Positions 17,704-26,435 of a stretch of DNA of 64,000 bases are shown one piece after another. A model generated the notes under the pieces. The model worked only from the letters and a program-made list of their open reading frames with translations. It had not been told where the DNA came from and ran no database searches. Position numbers and translations under genes: made by a program. The stretch covers positions 184,486 to 248,485 of the forward strand of contig JAIELV010000001.1 of assembly GCA_019752595.1 (NCBI GenBank), given 5' to 3'. The number at the start of each line of letters is the position of its first letter. Position 1 is the first letter of the stretch. The DNA is from Patescibacteria group bacterium (GTDB lineage: Bacteria; Patescibacteriota; Minisyncoccia; Phycocordibacterales; Phycocordibacteraceae).

Positions 17704-18657
17704 TTATATAGTTAGGCCGATTTTCTCGCGCACTACTTTCATTTTGGCTTCGGCCTGCGAGCGAGCTTTTTCGTTACCTTCTTTCAGGATTGCGTCTACC
17801 GCAGGCCTATCTGATGCATAACGCTCACGGCGTTCGCGCATGGGAGCGATAAATGATTCTAAATCTTCAATGAGCGCTTCTTTCAGGTCTTTGTACTTCC
17901 CTTTCTTTTCTTCATACAGTGGTGCGAGTTCGGCTTCCGATTTCAGAAGGCGGTGGATGGAATATACATTTGCGGGGCGTTCACCCGATGAATCCGTAAC
18001 GATTCTCATCACGGCTTTTGATATTTCGTCTTTCGTGCCGAAAAGCGGAATGGTGTTGCCGTAACTCTTGCTCATTTTTTGGCCGTCGGTTCCCGGAACG
18101 GTGGCGACCTCTTCAAGGAAAATTCCTTTTGGGTCTTTGAATGTTTCTCCGAATGCGTTGTTGAATTTCGATGCCGCTTCGCGCGCGTATTCAATGTGCT
18201 GAGCTTGGTCTTTGCCGACGGGTACTAAATCAGTGTCGTAAAGAAGAATGTCTGCGGCCATCAGCATCGGGTAGTTGAAAAGCCCTGCGTTTGCCTCCAT
18301 GCCTTTCGCCACTTTGTCTTTATATGAATGCGCCTGCTGCAAGAAAGGAACGGTAACCAAACATTCAAAAATCCATGCAAGTTCTGTGTGTTGAGAAACT
18401 TCCGATTGGCGGAAGATAACCGCTTCTTTCGGGTCGAGGCCCGCGCCTAGGTAATCCAAAACGACGTCCAAAGTGTTCTTCTTCAGCTCCGCAGGGTTCT
18501 TGAGGCTCGTCAGGGCGTGGTAATCGGCCACCATCAGCATGCTCTCAAATTCGCTGTGACGGTCTATAAAAGGCTTCAGAGCCCCGAAATAGTTCCCGAT
18601 ATGCAGCTGCCCCGAGGGCTGTAGCCCGGTCAGAAGCCTTTTTTTGCCATTTGACAT
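17704..18657 (-). CDS. trpS: tryptophan--tRNA ligase
   Basis: GLQPSGQLHIGNYFGA (HIGH) and KMSKSYGN (KMSKS). Start set at MSNGKKRLL. Confidence 0.85.
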   Translation of the reverse strand: MSNGKKRLLTGLQPSGQLHIGNYFGALKPFIDRHSEFESMLMVADYHALTSLKNPAELKKNTLDVVLDYLGAGLDPKEAVIFRQSEVSQHTELAWIFECLVTVPFLQQAHSYKDKVAKGMEANAGLFNYPMLMAADILLYDTDLVPVGKDQAQHIEYAREAASKFNNAFGETFKDPKGIFLEEVATVPGTDGQKMSKSYGNTIPLFGTKDEISKAVMRIVTDSSGERPANVYSIHRLLKSEAELAPLYEEKKGKYKDLKEALIEDLESFIAPMRERRERYASDRPAVDAILKEGNEKARSQAEAKMKVVREKIGLTI

Positions 18658-18676
18658 GCCCCAATAATAGCAGAAA

Positions 18677-19582
18677 ATGAAGAGAATTATGGACGAAACA
18701 AATCCTGCCCACGGAATTGATCTCAAGAGTCTCTCGAAGTCTCAACTTCGCCAATTACTTGATGGCGCACTTCAAAAAATTCAGGAGATAAATGAAAAAT
18801 ATCCCAATGTAACTGCGCAATATTCAGAAATAGAGAGAGCTCATGGAGCGTTGTTCAGTGCAGAAAATCCTCTTGCATTGAAAGCAGAGACTGCTACAGA
18901 AGATATAGAAAAATACCGCAGTCAACTTGATTCGGAAATCAAGCCAGAGATTCAAACAACAAGAAATGAGTTGACTGGACTCTTGTCTAGTACGACACTT
19001 GCGACACTCGCAAATGCATATGAACAGGCGAAAACAGAGTACTCACGTGTTCCGCTCAGGAAATACGAAGGCAAGATTCTATCCCACATCTTCACTTTCT
19101 TTTACAATACCGTGTGGCGGAATCTTGATTTCTTTTTCAGCTACGCCTTTTTCGTGGCTCCGCTACTCGCGATTTGTTTCATATTCCTTTACGAGGACAC
19201 AGCAAAGGTCGTGCTGGACACATTGACTACAGCCAACTCAGTACCAACCGCACTCGAGTTAATTTATATAAAGACAATTATTTCGTTGCCTTTGATTTGG
19301 ATTGCTTGGTACGGGCAAAGAAATATCTCTCAAAGAAAGAGAATGTTTGAGGAATACAATCACAAATTACGCGTCGTGCAGATGTACACCATGTTCACGT
19401 CAGATGACACTTCGTATCGATTCTCCGATAATCAGAATAGTCTTAAATTAGAGACTCTTCTTATCGACACTATTGGTAATAACGCAAGTAAAGTTTTTGG
19501 AATGGACGAAACTATTTTGGATAAAATCAAAGAAATTATCCGTGCGAATAAGGGTGGCGCGGAAGAGAAAGACGGTGAGTAG
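18677..19582 (+). CDS. hypothetical membrane protein (301 aa)
   Basis: Long ORF with hydrophobic segments in the C-terminal half. Confidence 0.4.
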   Translation: MKRIMDETNPAHGIDLKSLSKSQLRQLLDGALQKIQEINEKYPNVTAQYSEIERAHGALFSAENPLALKAETATEDIEKYRSQLDSEIKPEIQTTRNELTGLLSSTTLATLANAYEQAKTEYSRVPLRKYEGKILSHIFTFFYNTVWRNLDFFFSYAFFVAPLLAICFIFLYEDTAKVVLDTLTTANSVPTALELIYIKTIISLPLIWIAWYGQRNISQRKRMFEEYNHKLRVVQMYTMFTSDDTSYRFSDNQNSLKLETLLIDTIGNNASKVFGMDETILDKIKEIIRANKGGAEEKDGE

Positions 19583-19583
19583 A

Positions 19584-19612
19584 TTGACAAATCCCCTATT
19601 TCCGTGTATTCT
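19584..19612 (+). promoter_or_regulatory. sigma70-like promoter TTGACA-17-TATTCT with a ~200-nt 5' UTR before the helicase gene
   Basis: Consensus -35 with a 17-nt spacer. Confidence 0.35.
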
Positions 19613-19816
19613 ACCTGAGTAACTTAAATCTCTTGGTTTTTCTTTTTTAGGTATTTCCTAGAAACGCCAAAGCCCCACAGCAGCCCTCTGCTAACCAGGC
19701 TTTTCTAAAAACTCACGAGGCAGGCCGATTCTTTATATTTAGGGCCTAGGGTTATAGAAAAGCTCTTTTTGCTATTCATTTTTTAATGAAATGGTGGGGT
19801 GAGCGACTAAAAAATT

Positions 19817-21088
19817 ATGATAGGTAAAAACTATTATGGCAAAGGAGGCCGTCCTTCTTTCCGTTCTTCCGCATCACGCTTCAAAAGCGGCGGCGCACGA
19901 GGGGGTTCACGTTTCGGTGGTAACACTGGAGGTGGACGTTTTAACAATGCTCGCCGCCGTGGACCGGTAGACGAGCGCATTGAACATGCACGCTTCATCA
20001 ACAAGGCAACGGAAACGGCGCCTGCTGATGTGTATGTGAACAAACACACCTTCGCGGACTTCGCACTTCATGAAAACATGAAAGACGCTGTTCTCAAGAG
20101 AGGTTATTTGGTTCCTACGCCGATTCAGGATTCTGCGATTCCGCACATCCTTGAAGGCAAGGACATTGTAGGTATTGCAAACACTGGTACTGGTAAAACA
20201 GGCGCTTTCCTTATTCCCCTCTTGAACAAAGTAGGAATGAACATTGATGAAAAAGTGCTTGTCATGGTTCCGACTCGCGAGCTCGCGGTTCAGATTCAGG
20301 ATGAGTTCAAAGGTTTCGCGAAACACCTTCGCATCTTTTCGGTGTGTGTGGTGGGCGGAGCGGCTATCGGTCGTCAGATTTCTGATTTGCGCCGTGAGCA
20401 CAACTTCGTTATCGGAACCCCTGGACGTATTAAGGACTTGATTGAACGCGGAGTTCTGGACCCTGCTGAATTCAACACCGTTGTGTTGGATGAAGCAGAC
20501 CGCATGTTGGACATGGGTTTTGTGCATGACATGCGCGAAATCATGGACAAAATGCCAACGGAGCGCCACACCTTGTTCTTCTCAGCTACCCTTTCCCGTG
20601 ATATTGAAAAATTGATTGGGGACTTCTTGAATAACCCTGTTCGTGTCTCAGTTAAAACCCGCGACACATCTTCGAATGTGGATCAGGACGTGGTTCGCGT
20701 GAAGCGTGGCGACAACAAGGTGGATGTTCTTCATGACCTTTTGGCCAAGGAGGAATTCAGCAAGGTGTTGATCTTCGGTCGCACGAAGCACGGCGTTGAG
20801 AAGCTTTCAAAGGTTCTTACTGAACGTGGTTTCAAGGCTGAATCTATTCACGGCAACAAAAGCCACTCACAGCGCCAGCGCGCACTCGGCAATTTTAAAG
20901 ACAGCCGTTCAAACGTGCTCGTGGCAACAGACGTTGCTGCCCGCGGTTTGGATATTCCTGACGTGAGTCACGTGATTAACTTCGAACTTCCTGCAACGTA
21001 CGATGATTACGTACACCGCATCGGAAGAACAGGTAGAAACGATAAGAAAGGTAAAGCACTTACCTTCGTTGACTCTCATGGCGCTTAA
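19817..21088 (+). CDS. DEAD-box ATP-dependent RNA helicase with N-terminal RGG/Gly-Arg-rich tail
   Basis: Q-motif/PTPIQ, Walker A ANTGTGKTGAF, PTRELA, DEAD, SAT, HRIGRTGR. Confidence 0.9.
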   Translation: MIGKNYYGKGGRPSFRSSASRFKSGGARGGSRFGGNTGGGRFNNARRRGPVDERIEHARFINKATETAPADVYVNKHTFADFALHENMKDAVLKRGYLVPTPIQDSAIPHILEGKDIVGIANTGTGKTGAFLIPLLNKVGMNIDEKVLVMVPTRELAVQIQDEFKGFAKHLRIFSVCVVGGAAIGRQISDLRREHNFVIGTPGRIKDLIERGVLDPAEFNTVVLDEADRMLDMGFVHDMREIMDKMPTERHTLFFSATLSRDIEKLIGDFLNNPVRVSVKTRDTSSNVDQDVVRVKRGDNKVDVLHDLLAKEEFSKVLIFGRTKHGVEKLSKVLTERGFKAESIHGNKSHSQRQRALGNFKDSRSNVLVATDVAARGLDIPDVSHVINFELPATYDDYVHRIGRTGRNDKKGKALTFVDSHGA

Positions 21089-21290
21089 CAAAAAGAGTCA
21101 GGCACTAAAGCCTGTGGCCCGCACGCAGAATTCATATAACGGTTGGAAACCAAAAGTTACCCAGTCCGTTATTTTGGTCTGCAAGGAATGCAAAGTGAAG
21201 TACATCAAGACCCGCGAACCGCAAATCGTGTGCATCAAATGCATGCGCATGGAGGTCGCAAGCCCTGTCTTCAGACTTCAGAAGGACTAA
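21078..21290 (+). CDS. small zinc-ribbon protein (CxxC-x13-CxxC), paralog A
   Basis: MALNKK...SVILVCKECKVKYIKTREPQIVCIKCM. Start overlaps the helicase stop by 11 nt. Confidence 0.45.
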   Translation: MALNKKSQALKPVARTQNSYNGWKPKVTQSVILVCKECKVKYIKTREPQIVCIKCMRMEVASPVFRLQKD

Positions 21291-21304
21291 TGTAGTCCCA
21301 AAAA

Positions 21305-21333
21305 ACTCCCGCGCACAAGCGGGAGTTTTTTTG
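21305..21333 (+). terminator. rho-independent terminator
   Basis: ACTCCCGC-gcacaa-GCGGGAGT followed by TTTTTTT. Confidence 0.75.
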
Positions 21334-21349
21334 TATACTGGGAAGAGAA

Positions 21350-22357
21350 ATGTCTTTGCGTAAAACTCAAGGTTTTGTATCAGTCGGTGTAGCGATAGCT
21401 GGCAACGGCTTCGTCACCATCCTCAAATTCATTGCTGCAACCGTTTCGGGTTCAAGCGTGATGTTCTCAGAAGCTATACACAGCCTCGCTGACACCACGA
21501 ACCAAGTACTTCTTTTGGTCGGATTGAACCAATCTTTAAGAAAGGCTGACGATAAGCACGAGTATGGCTATGGCACCGAGAGGTTTTTCTGGGCACTGAT
21601 TTCAGCCTGTGGCATTTTCTTCCTTGGCGCAGGCATTACGCTTGTTCATAGCGTCGAAGCACTCCTCCATCCAGAAGAAGTGGTTTTCAGCCCGCTGGTT
21701 TTTGGAGTGCTGCTTATCGCTCTCGTTGTCGAGGCGTACACGCTTGTTGTTGCCGTGAAGGAAATCAAACGCCACTTCCCTGGTTTGTCGTGGGCTGAGA
21801 GGTTACAAGAAGCTGATTCGGCTACTCTTGCTGTTTTACTTGAAGACTCGGTTGCCGTTCTGGGAGTAATGGTGGCAGCGGGCAGTATTGGGCTTGCCTA
21901 CTACACAGGGAACCCCGCATGGGACGCGCTTGGAGGCCTTGTTATTGCGGTTCTCTTGGCGTTTGTGGCAGTCTTTCTCATCATCAGGAATCGCGAATAC
22001 CTGTTGGGGCGTGCGCTTTCTGAGGAAATCAGAGAAGAAGTTATTGAGCTTCTGAATAAAGAGCCTTCGATTGATAAAGTGATTGATTTCAAATCAAGCG
22101 CGCTGGCGTTTGGTGTGTATCGCATAAAATGCGAAGTGGAATTCAACGGCGCGTCGCTTCTAAAAGAGGCGTATCGCGGGCAGACGATGCGCGACCAGTA
22201 TGATGAGATTGATGGTGACTTTGAGGAGTTTAAGAAATTCAATGCGTATTTTGCAGACAGAATCCCTCGCCTTATCGGTAAAAAAGTAGACGACATAGAG
22301 GCGAAAATCAAAAAAGCTTTTCCGATGATTCGTCATATCGACATCGAAATTAACTAG
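21350..22357 (+). CDS. cation diffusion facilitator (CDF) family metal transporter
   Basis: 6 TM. HSLAD in TM2. Acidic pair in TM5. C-terminal cytoplasmic domain. 335 aa. Confidence 0.7.
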   Translation: MSLRKTQGFVSVGVAIAGNGFVTILKFIAATVSGSSVMFSEAIHSLADTTNQVLLLVGLNQSLRKADDKHEYGYGTERFFWALISACGIFFLGAGITLVHSVEALLHPEEVVFSPLVFGVLLIALVVEAYTLVVAVKEIKRHFPGLSWAERLQEADSATLAVLLEDSVAVLGVMVAAGSIGLAYYTGNPAWDALGGLVIAVLLAFVAVFLIIRNREYLLGRALSEEIREEVIELLNKEPSIDKVIDFKSSALAFGVYRIKCEVEFNGASLLKEAYRGQTMRDQYDEIDGDFEEFKKFNAYFADRIPRLIGKKVDDIEAKIKKAFPMIRHIDIEIN

Positions 22358-22367
22358 ACCACAATAT

Positions 22368-22396
22368 TTGACAAATAGCTTTTTTGGGTGTATTAT
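22368..22396 (+). promoter_or_regulatory. sigma70-like promoter TTGACA-17-TATTAT
   Basis: Near-consensus; 27 nt upstream of the ATG at 22424. Confidence 0.45.
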
Positions 22397-22423
22397 ATAA
22401 ATAGGGTTTTTCCCTATATTTGT

Positions 22424-22582
22424 ATGGCTAAAAAGGTTATTTCTACTCGTCCAAATCCTGGAGTGTACGTACATCGCATTACCCGTTCGACCATTTTGAT
22501 TTGCAAAACGTGCGTTACGAAGTTCGTAAAGACTCGTGACCGCCAGACTTTGTGCCTCCGCTGCATTTTTAAGGCGAAATAA
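22424..22582 (+). CDS. small zinc-ribbon protein (CxxC-x13-CxxC), paralog B
   Basis: MAKKVISTR...STILICKTCVTKFVKTRDRQTLCLRCI; aligns with 21078..21290. Confidence 0.45.
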   Translation: MAKKVISTRPNPGVYVHRITRSTILICKTCVTKFVKTRDRQTLCLRCIFKAK

Positions 22583-22585
22583 ATT

Positions 22586-22777
22586 ATGTCTAGACAAAAT
22601 TCACGTAGAGAGGCTTCGCTTCGAATTGGCTACCAGTTCGCAACTGGGCTTATTCGTCCAGTCGACAGAACTGAAGATAATCGAAGACGTAGAAACGCTA
22701 TAGCGCAAAGAGCTCGCTCAGAACATCCAGTTACGGATTACCGAAACGGATACACACACTGGAAAATTGGAGTGTAA
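22586..22777 (+). CDS. hypothetical Arg-rich small protein (63 aa), translationally coupled to paralog B
   Basis: ATG 3 nt after the preceding stop. Confidence 0.25.
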   Translation: MSRQNSRREASLRIGYQFATGLIRPVDRTEDNRRRRNAIAQRARSEHPVTDYRNGYTHWKIGV

Positions 22778-22836
22778 GACTCCCCTAGCTCGCGATAAGC
22801 GAGTAGCTGGTGAGTACACCACTACACTTGGATTCT

Positions 22837-23700
22837 CTAAGACGGGGTACCGTCAAGAGAATCTCGGCGGCTTTCTTTTTTGGCTTTAAGGTTTAGCGTC
22901 AACAAAAACGCAAACAGAAGAATATCCAAAAACGGTGGGAAGGCGCCAACGCCAAGGAAAAGCCAAGCGGAGGTAAGGAACATAATAGGCACCGTGGCAT
23001 AGAGCGCGGTTTTGTATGCCCCCTCGTATGTCATAGGAATTTTGCGGAGCTTTGCAATAAGAAGCGGTATCACAGCACCAAAAATCGACACGAAAAGATA
23101 AAAACCTGTCATGATGAACGCGAATAGTGGCGCACCAAAGATAATGAGGAGCGGGACTATAACCCACAAAAACGTCATCAAACCTTGTACAGCCGATGTA
23201 AGAAACGGTTTATCAAACGTGACGTCTTCGCCGAGTTCAGAGAGCGCAATCACACGCCCTTCCCCGCCGTCCTGATTTATATACAGTGATTCCTTTGTTA
23301 CTACTGCAACCGCCTTATACTCCTCGAGCGCCTGCACGGTAGTTTCAGGGCGGGTGTCAATAACAAGATAGTTTTCAAATGTACTGTTTTTTACTCTTTC
23401 ATCTTCAGGTATAGGAATGATATATGGCTCCTGGGCGCTGGTACTTGCTTTACCGTCTTTTATGCTAACGCTGAGTTCAGTGGGAAAATTTTCTTCAATA
23501 AAACTACTCGGTTGTATTGAGAGGAGCGATGAAATAGTGAATGCTGCTCCAACAATAACAACCGAGGTTGATACAAGGAGCGTGGAGAGAAACAAAAAAC
23601 CCACACTCGCACCGAATGATTTGTCGCGCGTGGAGGCGTAAAAAGAAGGCCCAAAGAATGAACTTTTAAGCTCTTCAAAAAAGCTTTTTATCTTAGACAT
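22837..23700 (-). CDS. hypothetical polytopic membrane protein (287 aa)
   Basis: Multiple TM segments; no family recognised. Confidence 0.4.
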   Translation of the reverse strand: MSKIKSFFEELKSSFFGPSFYASTRDKSFGASVGFLFLSTLLVSTSVVIVGAAFTISSLLSIQPSSFIEENFPTELSVSIKDGKASTSAQEPYIIPIPEDERVKNSTFENYLVIDTRPETTVQALEEYKAVAVVTKESLYINQDGGEGRVIALSELGEDVTFDKPFLTSAVQGLMTFLWVIVPLLIIFGAPLFAFIMTGFYLFVSIFGAVIPLLIAKLRKIPMTYEGAYKTALYATVPIMFLTSAWLFLGVGAFPPFLDILLFAFLLTLNLKAKKESRRDSLDGTPS

Positions 23701-23718
23701 TGAAACAGTATACCGATT

Positions 23719-25356
23719 TTAGTTTAAAAGCGGGAGTTCAAGGATAAAACGTGAGCCCTTGCCTTCCCCGTCCGATTCTGCCCATATTTTGCCTTTATGG
23801 GCTAGTACGTGTGCCTTGGTGATGTAGAGGCCGACTCCTGTTGAGGCTATGTTTATCTTCAGAGAGTTTTCCCCTGCAGAAAAAAGTTGGAATAATTTTG
23901 CAATGGTCTCCTTGGACATGCCGATTCCTGTGTCTTTCAATGTTATACGAGCCACAGAGCCCACTTTTTCTGCAACGACAGAAATAGTGCCTTTGGGTGT
24001 GTATTTAATTGAGTTATCCAAAAGATTATTAAATACCTCGTTAATTTTTGCCACGTCTAATCGTGCTTTTTTGTTCTCAAGTTCGGGGTTGAGAGTAAAC
24101 GTCATATGGACGCCTTTCTTCTCGGCGTTCGGCGTAAAGTCTTTTACGGCTTTTTTGAGTATCGGCGCGAGATCAACATTGATAAAATCGTACTTCATTC
24201 TGCCCTGTTCAATACGAGAAACGTTGAGGTAGGTATCAACTGATTTCGCCATGTCTGTGGCGCGTTCAAACACTTGGTGGAGGCCTTCTTCTGCGGCTTT
24301 TGGCATCTTGCCGTACGAGCCATCAAGAACCAGGGAAACGTAGTTTCGAATGACGGTCAATGGCGCGCGCAGGTCGTGGGAAGCAATTGAGAGAAATTCT
24401 GACTTCAACTTATCGAGTTCTTTTAACTTTTCATTTGCCAATTGAAGGTTTTTTGCTAGTTCCTGAATCTGTTCTCTTTGCTCAACTTCCTTCATGACTG
24501 AGCGTATTAAGAGAACGCCAGTGACGAGGATGAGAACAAAGATGCTTAAACGGAAGACAATTTGAGAAAAATCATCTGCAAAAAAGATTTCAAGTAAGCT
24601 GGTGAGTGCCAAAAGGCCGACGATGAATTGCGTGGCAAGGATTTTAATATCCAAGAGGTGGTGTTTAGTAATTGCATATGCGGTAAGGAAAATAAACGGA
24701 AAGGTAAAGACGCCCGCAAACGGCGCGAAGGTTGGGTTGTTTAAAATTGCTGGAAAGACAAAATTAAATATAAGTATCAATGTGTACGTCACCAGGGTGC
24801 CAGTTGCAATATACGTATATGCAGAGCGGGTAGAACCTCGTGAGGCAAAGAGTTTCTTAAAGATAATCAGAAGTGCCGAAAGGTGTAGAAGAATGACAGT
24901 TATACCGAACACAGGAACTGCGGGGCCGTTCGTGACCGTTGCCACTTGCCCTGCCACTATATTTTCAACGCCCTGAAACACGAGCGGGGTCAGCGTGAGA
25001 AGCGATACCAGTCCAACAAAAGGAATGAGGAGAAATCGATACCATGACGGAAGCACTACTGCAGGCTTGGGGAATACATAAAATAGCTGAAACACAGAGA
25101 ACGCGTGCCAGACGGCAAAAAAGACTGCGGCACGCAGGGTCCAGATAATTAGTGTGGGATCTGTTAACCGAAAGACTATGAGGTTGAGCGCCCCCCAGAG
25201 AATGACAGTTATTGAAGCAAACAGGAATGAGCGGTTAGTGAGGCTTTTGGGATTGTTGAAAAATACAATAAAACCAAAAATACCAATAGCGACCGCTACC
25301 AATCCGATAATAAAAATGTCTAGATTCTGCGTTTTCAGAATCTCACTGATTTCCAT
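23719..25356 (-). CDS. sensor histidine kinase with N-terminal 7-TM sensor domain (orphan; no adjacent response regulator)
   Basis: H-box LSIASHDLRAPLT, N-box LLDNSIKYT, G1 LKDTGIGM, G2 STGVGLYI. Confidence 0.8.
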   Translation of the reverse strand: MEISEILKTQNLDIFIIGLVAVAIGIFGFIVFFNNPKSLTNRSFLFASITVILWGALNLIVFRLTDPTLIIWTLRAAVFFAVWHAFSVFQLFYVFPKPAVVLPSWYRFLLIPFVGLVSLLTLTPLVFQGVENIVAGQVATVTNGPAVPVFGITVILLHLSALLIIFKKLFASRGSTRSAYTYIATGTLVTYTLILIFNFVFPAILNNPTFAPFAGVFTFPFIFLTAYAITKHHLLDIKILATQFIVGLLALTSLLEIFFADDFSQIVFRLSIFVLILVTGVLLIRSVMKEVEQREQIQELAKNLQLANEKLKELDKLKSEFLSIASHDLRAPLTVIRNYVSLVLDGSYGKMPKAAEEGLHQVFERATDMAKSVDTYLNVSRIEQGRMKYDFINVDLAPILKKAVKDFTPNAEKKGVHMTFTLNPELENKKARLDVAKINEVFNNLLDNSIKYTPKGTISVVAEKVGSVARITLKDTGIGMSKETIAKLFQLFSAGENSLKINIASTGVGLYITKAHVLAHKGKIWAESDGEGKGSRFILELPLLN

Positions 25357-25379
25357 ACTAGAGTTCTAGTATAACTCGC

Positions 25380-26435
25380 CTAAATGATGTGGGGTGGTTT
25401 TTTTGAAGAAAATGCGGATGGAGAGTCGCTCTCACCTATTCTAAAGAACACCGCGGGAACTCCGCTCACGTTTTTGAGTGTTGTTGTCAATACTTTTTTT
25501 GCTTCAGCAAGTTTTGTTTTCTGCTCCGAGGTCAGTTGAAGCGCTGTGTCTTCTTCGGCGCGGAGCGCAAGGTAATACGCACCCATGATTGGCTGAAGCG
25601 AAAGTCCTAGAGAGCCCGCCTTAAGCCAGACGTGCTCAAGTGCTCTACCTGCCTGAACTAGGTTTTCTTTAGTAAGGCTCGGGACAGTAATAACTCCTAT
25701 TGCGCCGACACTTGCATACACATTCTCGACATTTTGTTTTGCGGCAACACTTCCAAAACCGATAGCGCCGAATGTGCGTGCAACTGCGGGGTATTTGAGG
25801 ATGTTGAACATCCCACGAACAGGTGGCGGTAATTCAAACGTATCGATAAAAAGACCGCTCTTTTTTGTAGCTTCTTCCTTAGCAGTCCACACCAGATGCG
25901 GGAAAAGCGCGTCATGCACCACGTGTGCATTAAAGATGAGCCAGTCATTTACGCTCCATGCGTTTGCGACTGATTCAATATCCGTTTTTTCAGTGAGAAA
26001 AGAAACCCGAGCCGAAGATTGTATATCTCCAGGTAACACAGACAATTGCTGTAGTTTATTTTGCTCGAGCACTTTTTTGTATGGTTTACGGTTTGTTGTC
26101 CGCGTATCAATGTGTGCTACCAGCGAGGCTCTCCCTGTCCCCTGTCCTTTTGAAAGTATAAGTTTTAAGACGGTGTCGGATTCTTCTGGAAGTACCTCAA
26201 CTACGCACGCGTATCCAAGCGTTTCGGCAGTTATGACAGCGTTTTCGAGAGCAGCGCCGTGCGCCACCATTGAGCCGCGCTGTTTGTAGTTATATACAGT
26301 TGTGTCGTTTTCGGGTGCGTTTTGAAACACTATCGCATCATCTAGAATTTTGAACTTCCATGGCTGATAGTTGTGGCCAGATGGGGCCTGTACCGCTGCT
26401 TTCAAGATAATGTCGATGTCTTGTTTTGGAATCAT
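25380..26435 (-). CDS. extended nitroreductase-superfamily protein (351 aa; SagB-like or tandem-NTR size)
   Basis: N-terminal AAVQAPSGHNYQPWKF nitroreductase motif. Second NTR-like region near the C-terminus (AGRALEHVWLKAGSLGLSLQPI). Confidence 0.6.
   Translation of the reverse strand: MIPKQDIDIILKAAVQAPSGHNYQPWKFKILDDAIVFQNAPENDTTVYNYKQRGSMVAHGAALENAVITAETLGYACVVEVLPEESDTVLKLILSKGQGTGRASLVAHIDTRTTNRKPYKKVLEQNKLQQLSVLPGDIQSSARVSFLTEKTDIESVANAWSVNDWLIFNAHVVHDALFPHLVWTAKEEATKKSGLFIDTFELPPPVRGMFNILKYPAVARTFGAIGFGSVAAKQNVENVYASVGAIGVITVPSLTKENLVQAGRALEHVWLKAGSLGLSLQPIMGAYYLALRAEEDTALQLTSEQKTKLAEAKKVLTTTLKNVSGVPAVFFRIGESDSPSAFSSKKPPHII

Noticed and set aside
18677-18726. trpS starting at 18726 and overlapping the divergent 301-aa membrane-protein gene
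   Set aside because: Alignment with TrpRS N-termini supports the internal Met (MSNGKKRLL, 18657). The extra 23 residues are hydrophobic read-through of the intergenic region.
19907-20569. Long antisense ORFs inside well-supported genes (e.g. 811..1134, 5962..6615, 8102..8632, 9974..10560, 19907..20569, 25774..26289, 35879..36319, 44081..44746, 62431..62751, 63337..63672)
   Set aside because: They lie entirely within and opposite to genes with strong family signatures and have no motifs of their own. Treated as non-coding shadows.
21078-22582. Zn-ribbon mini-proteins as ribosomal proteins L33/L36/L31/S14 (C+ / C- paralogs)
   Set aside because: The CxxC-x13-CxxC spacing and the conserved KTR..Q motif do not match those families. 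A genuine (frameshifted) rpmJ sits in the ribosomal cluster.
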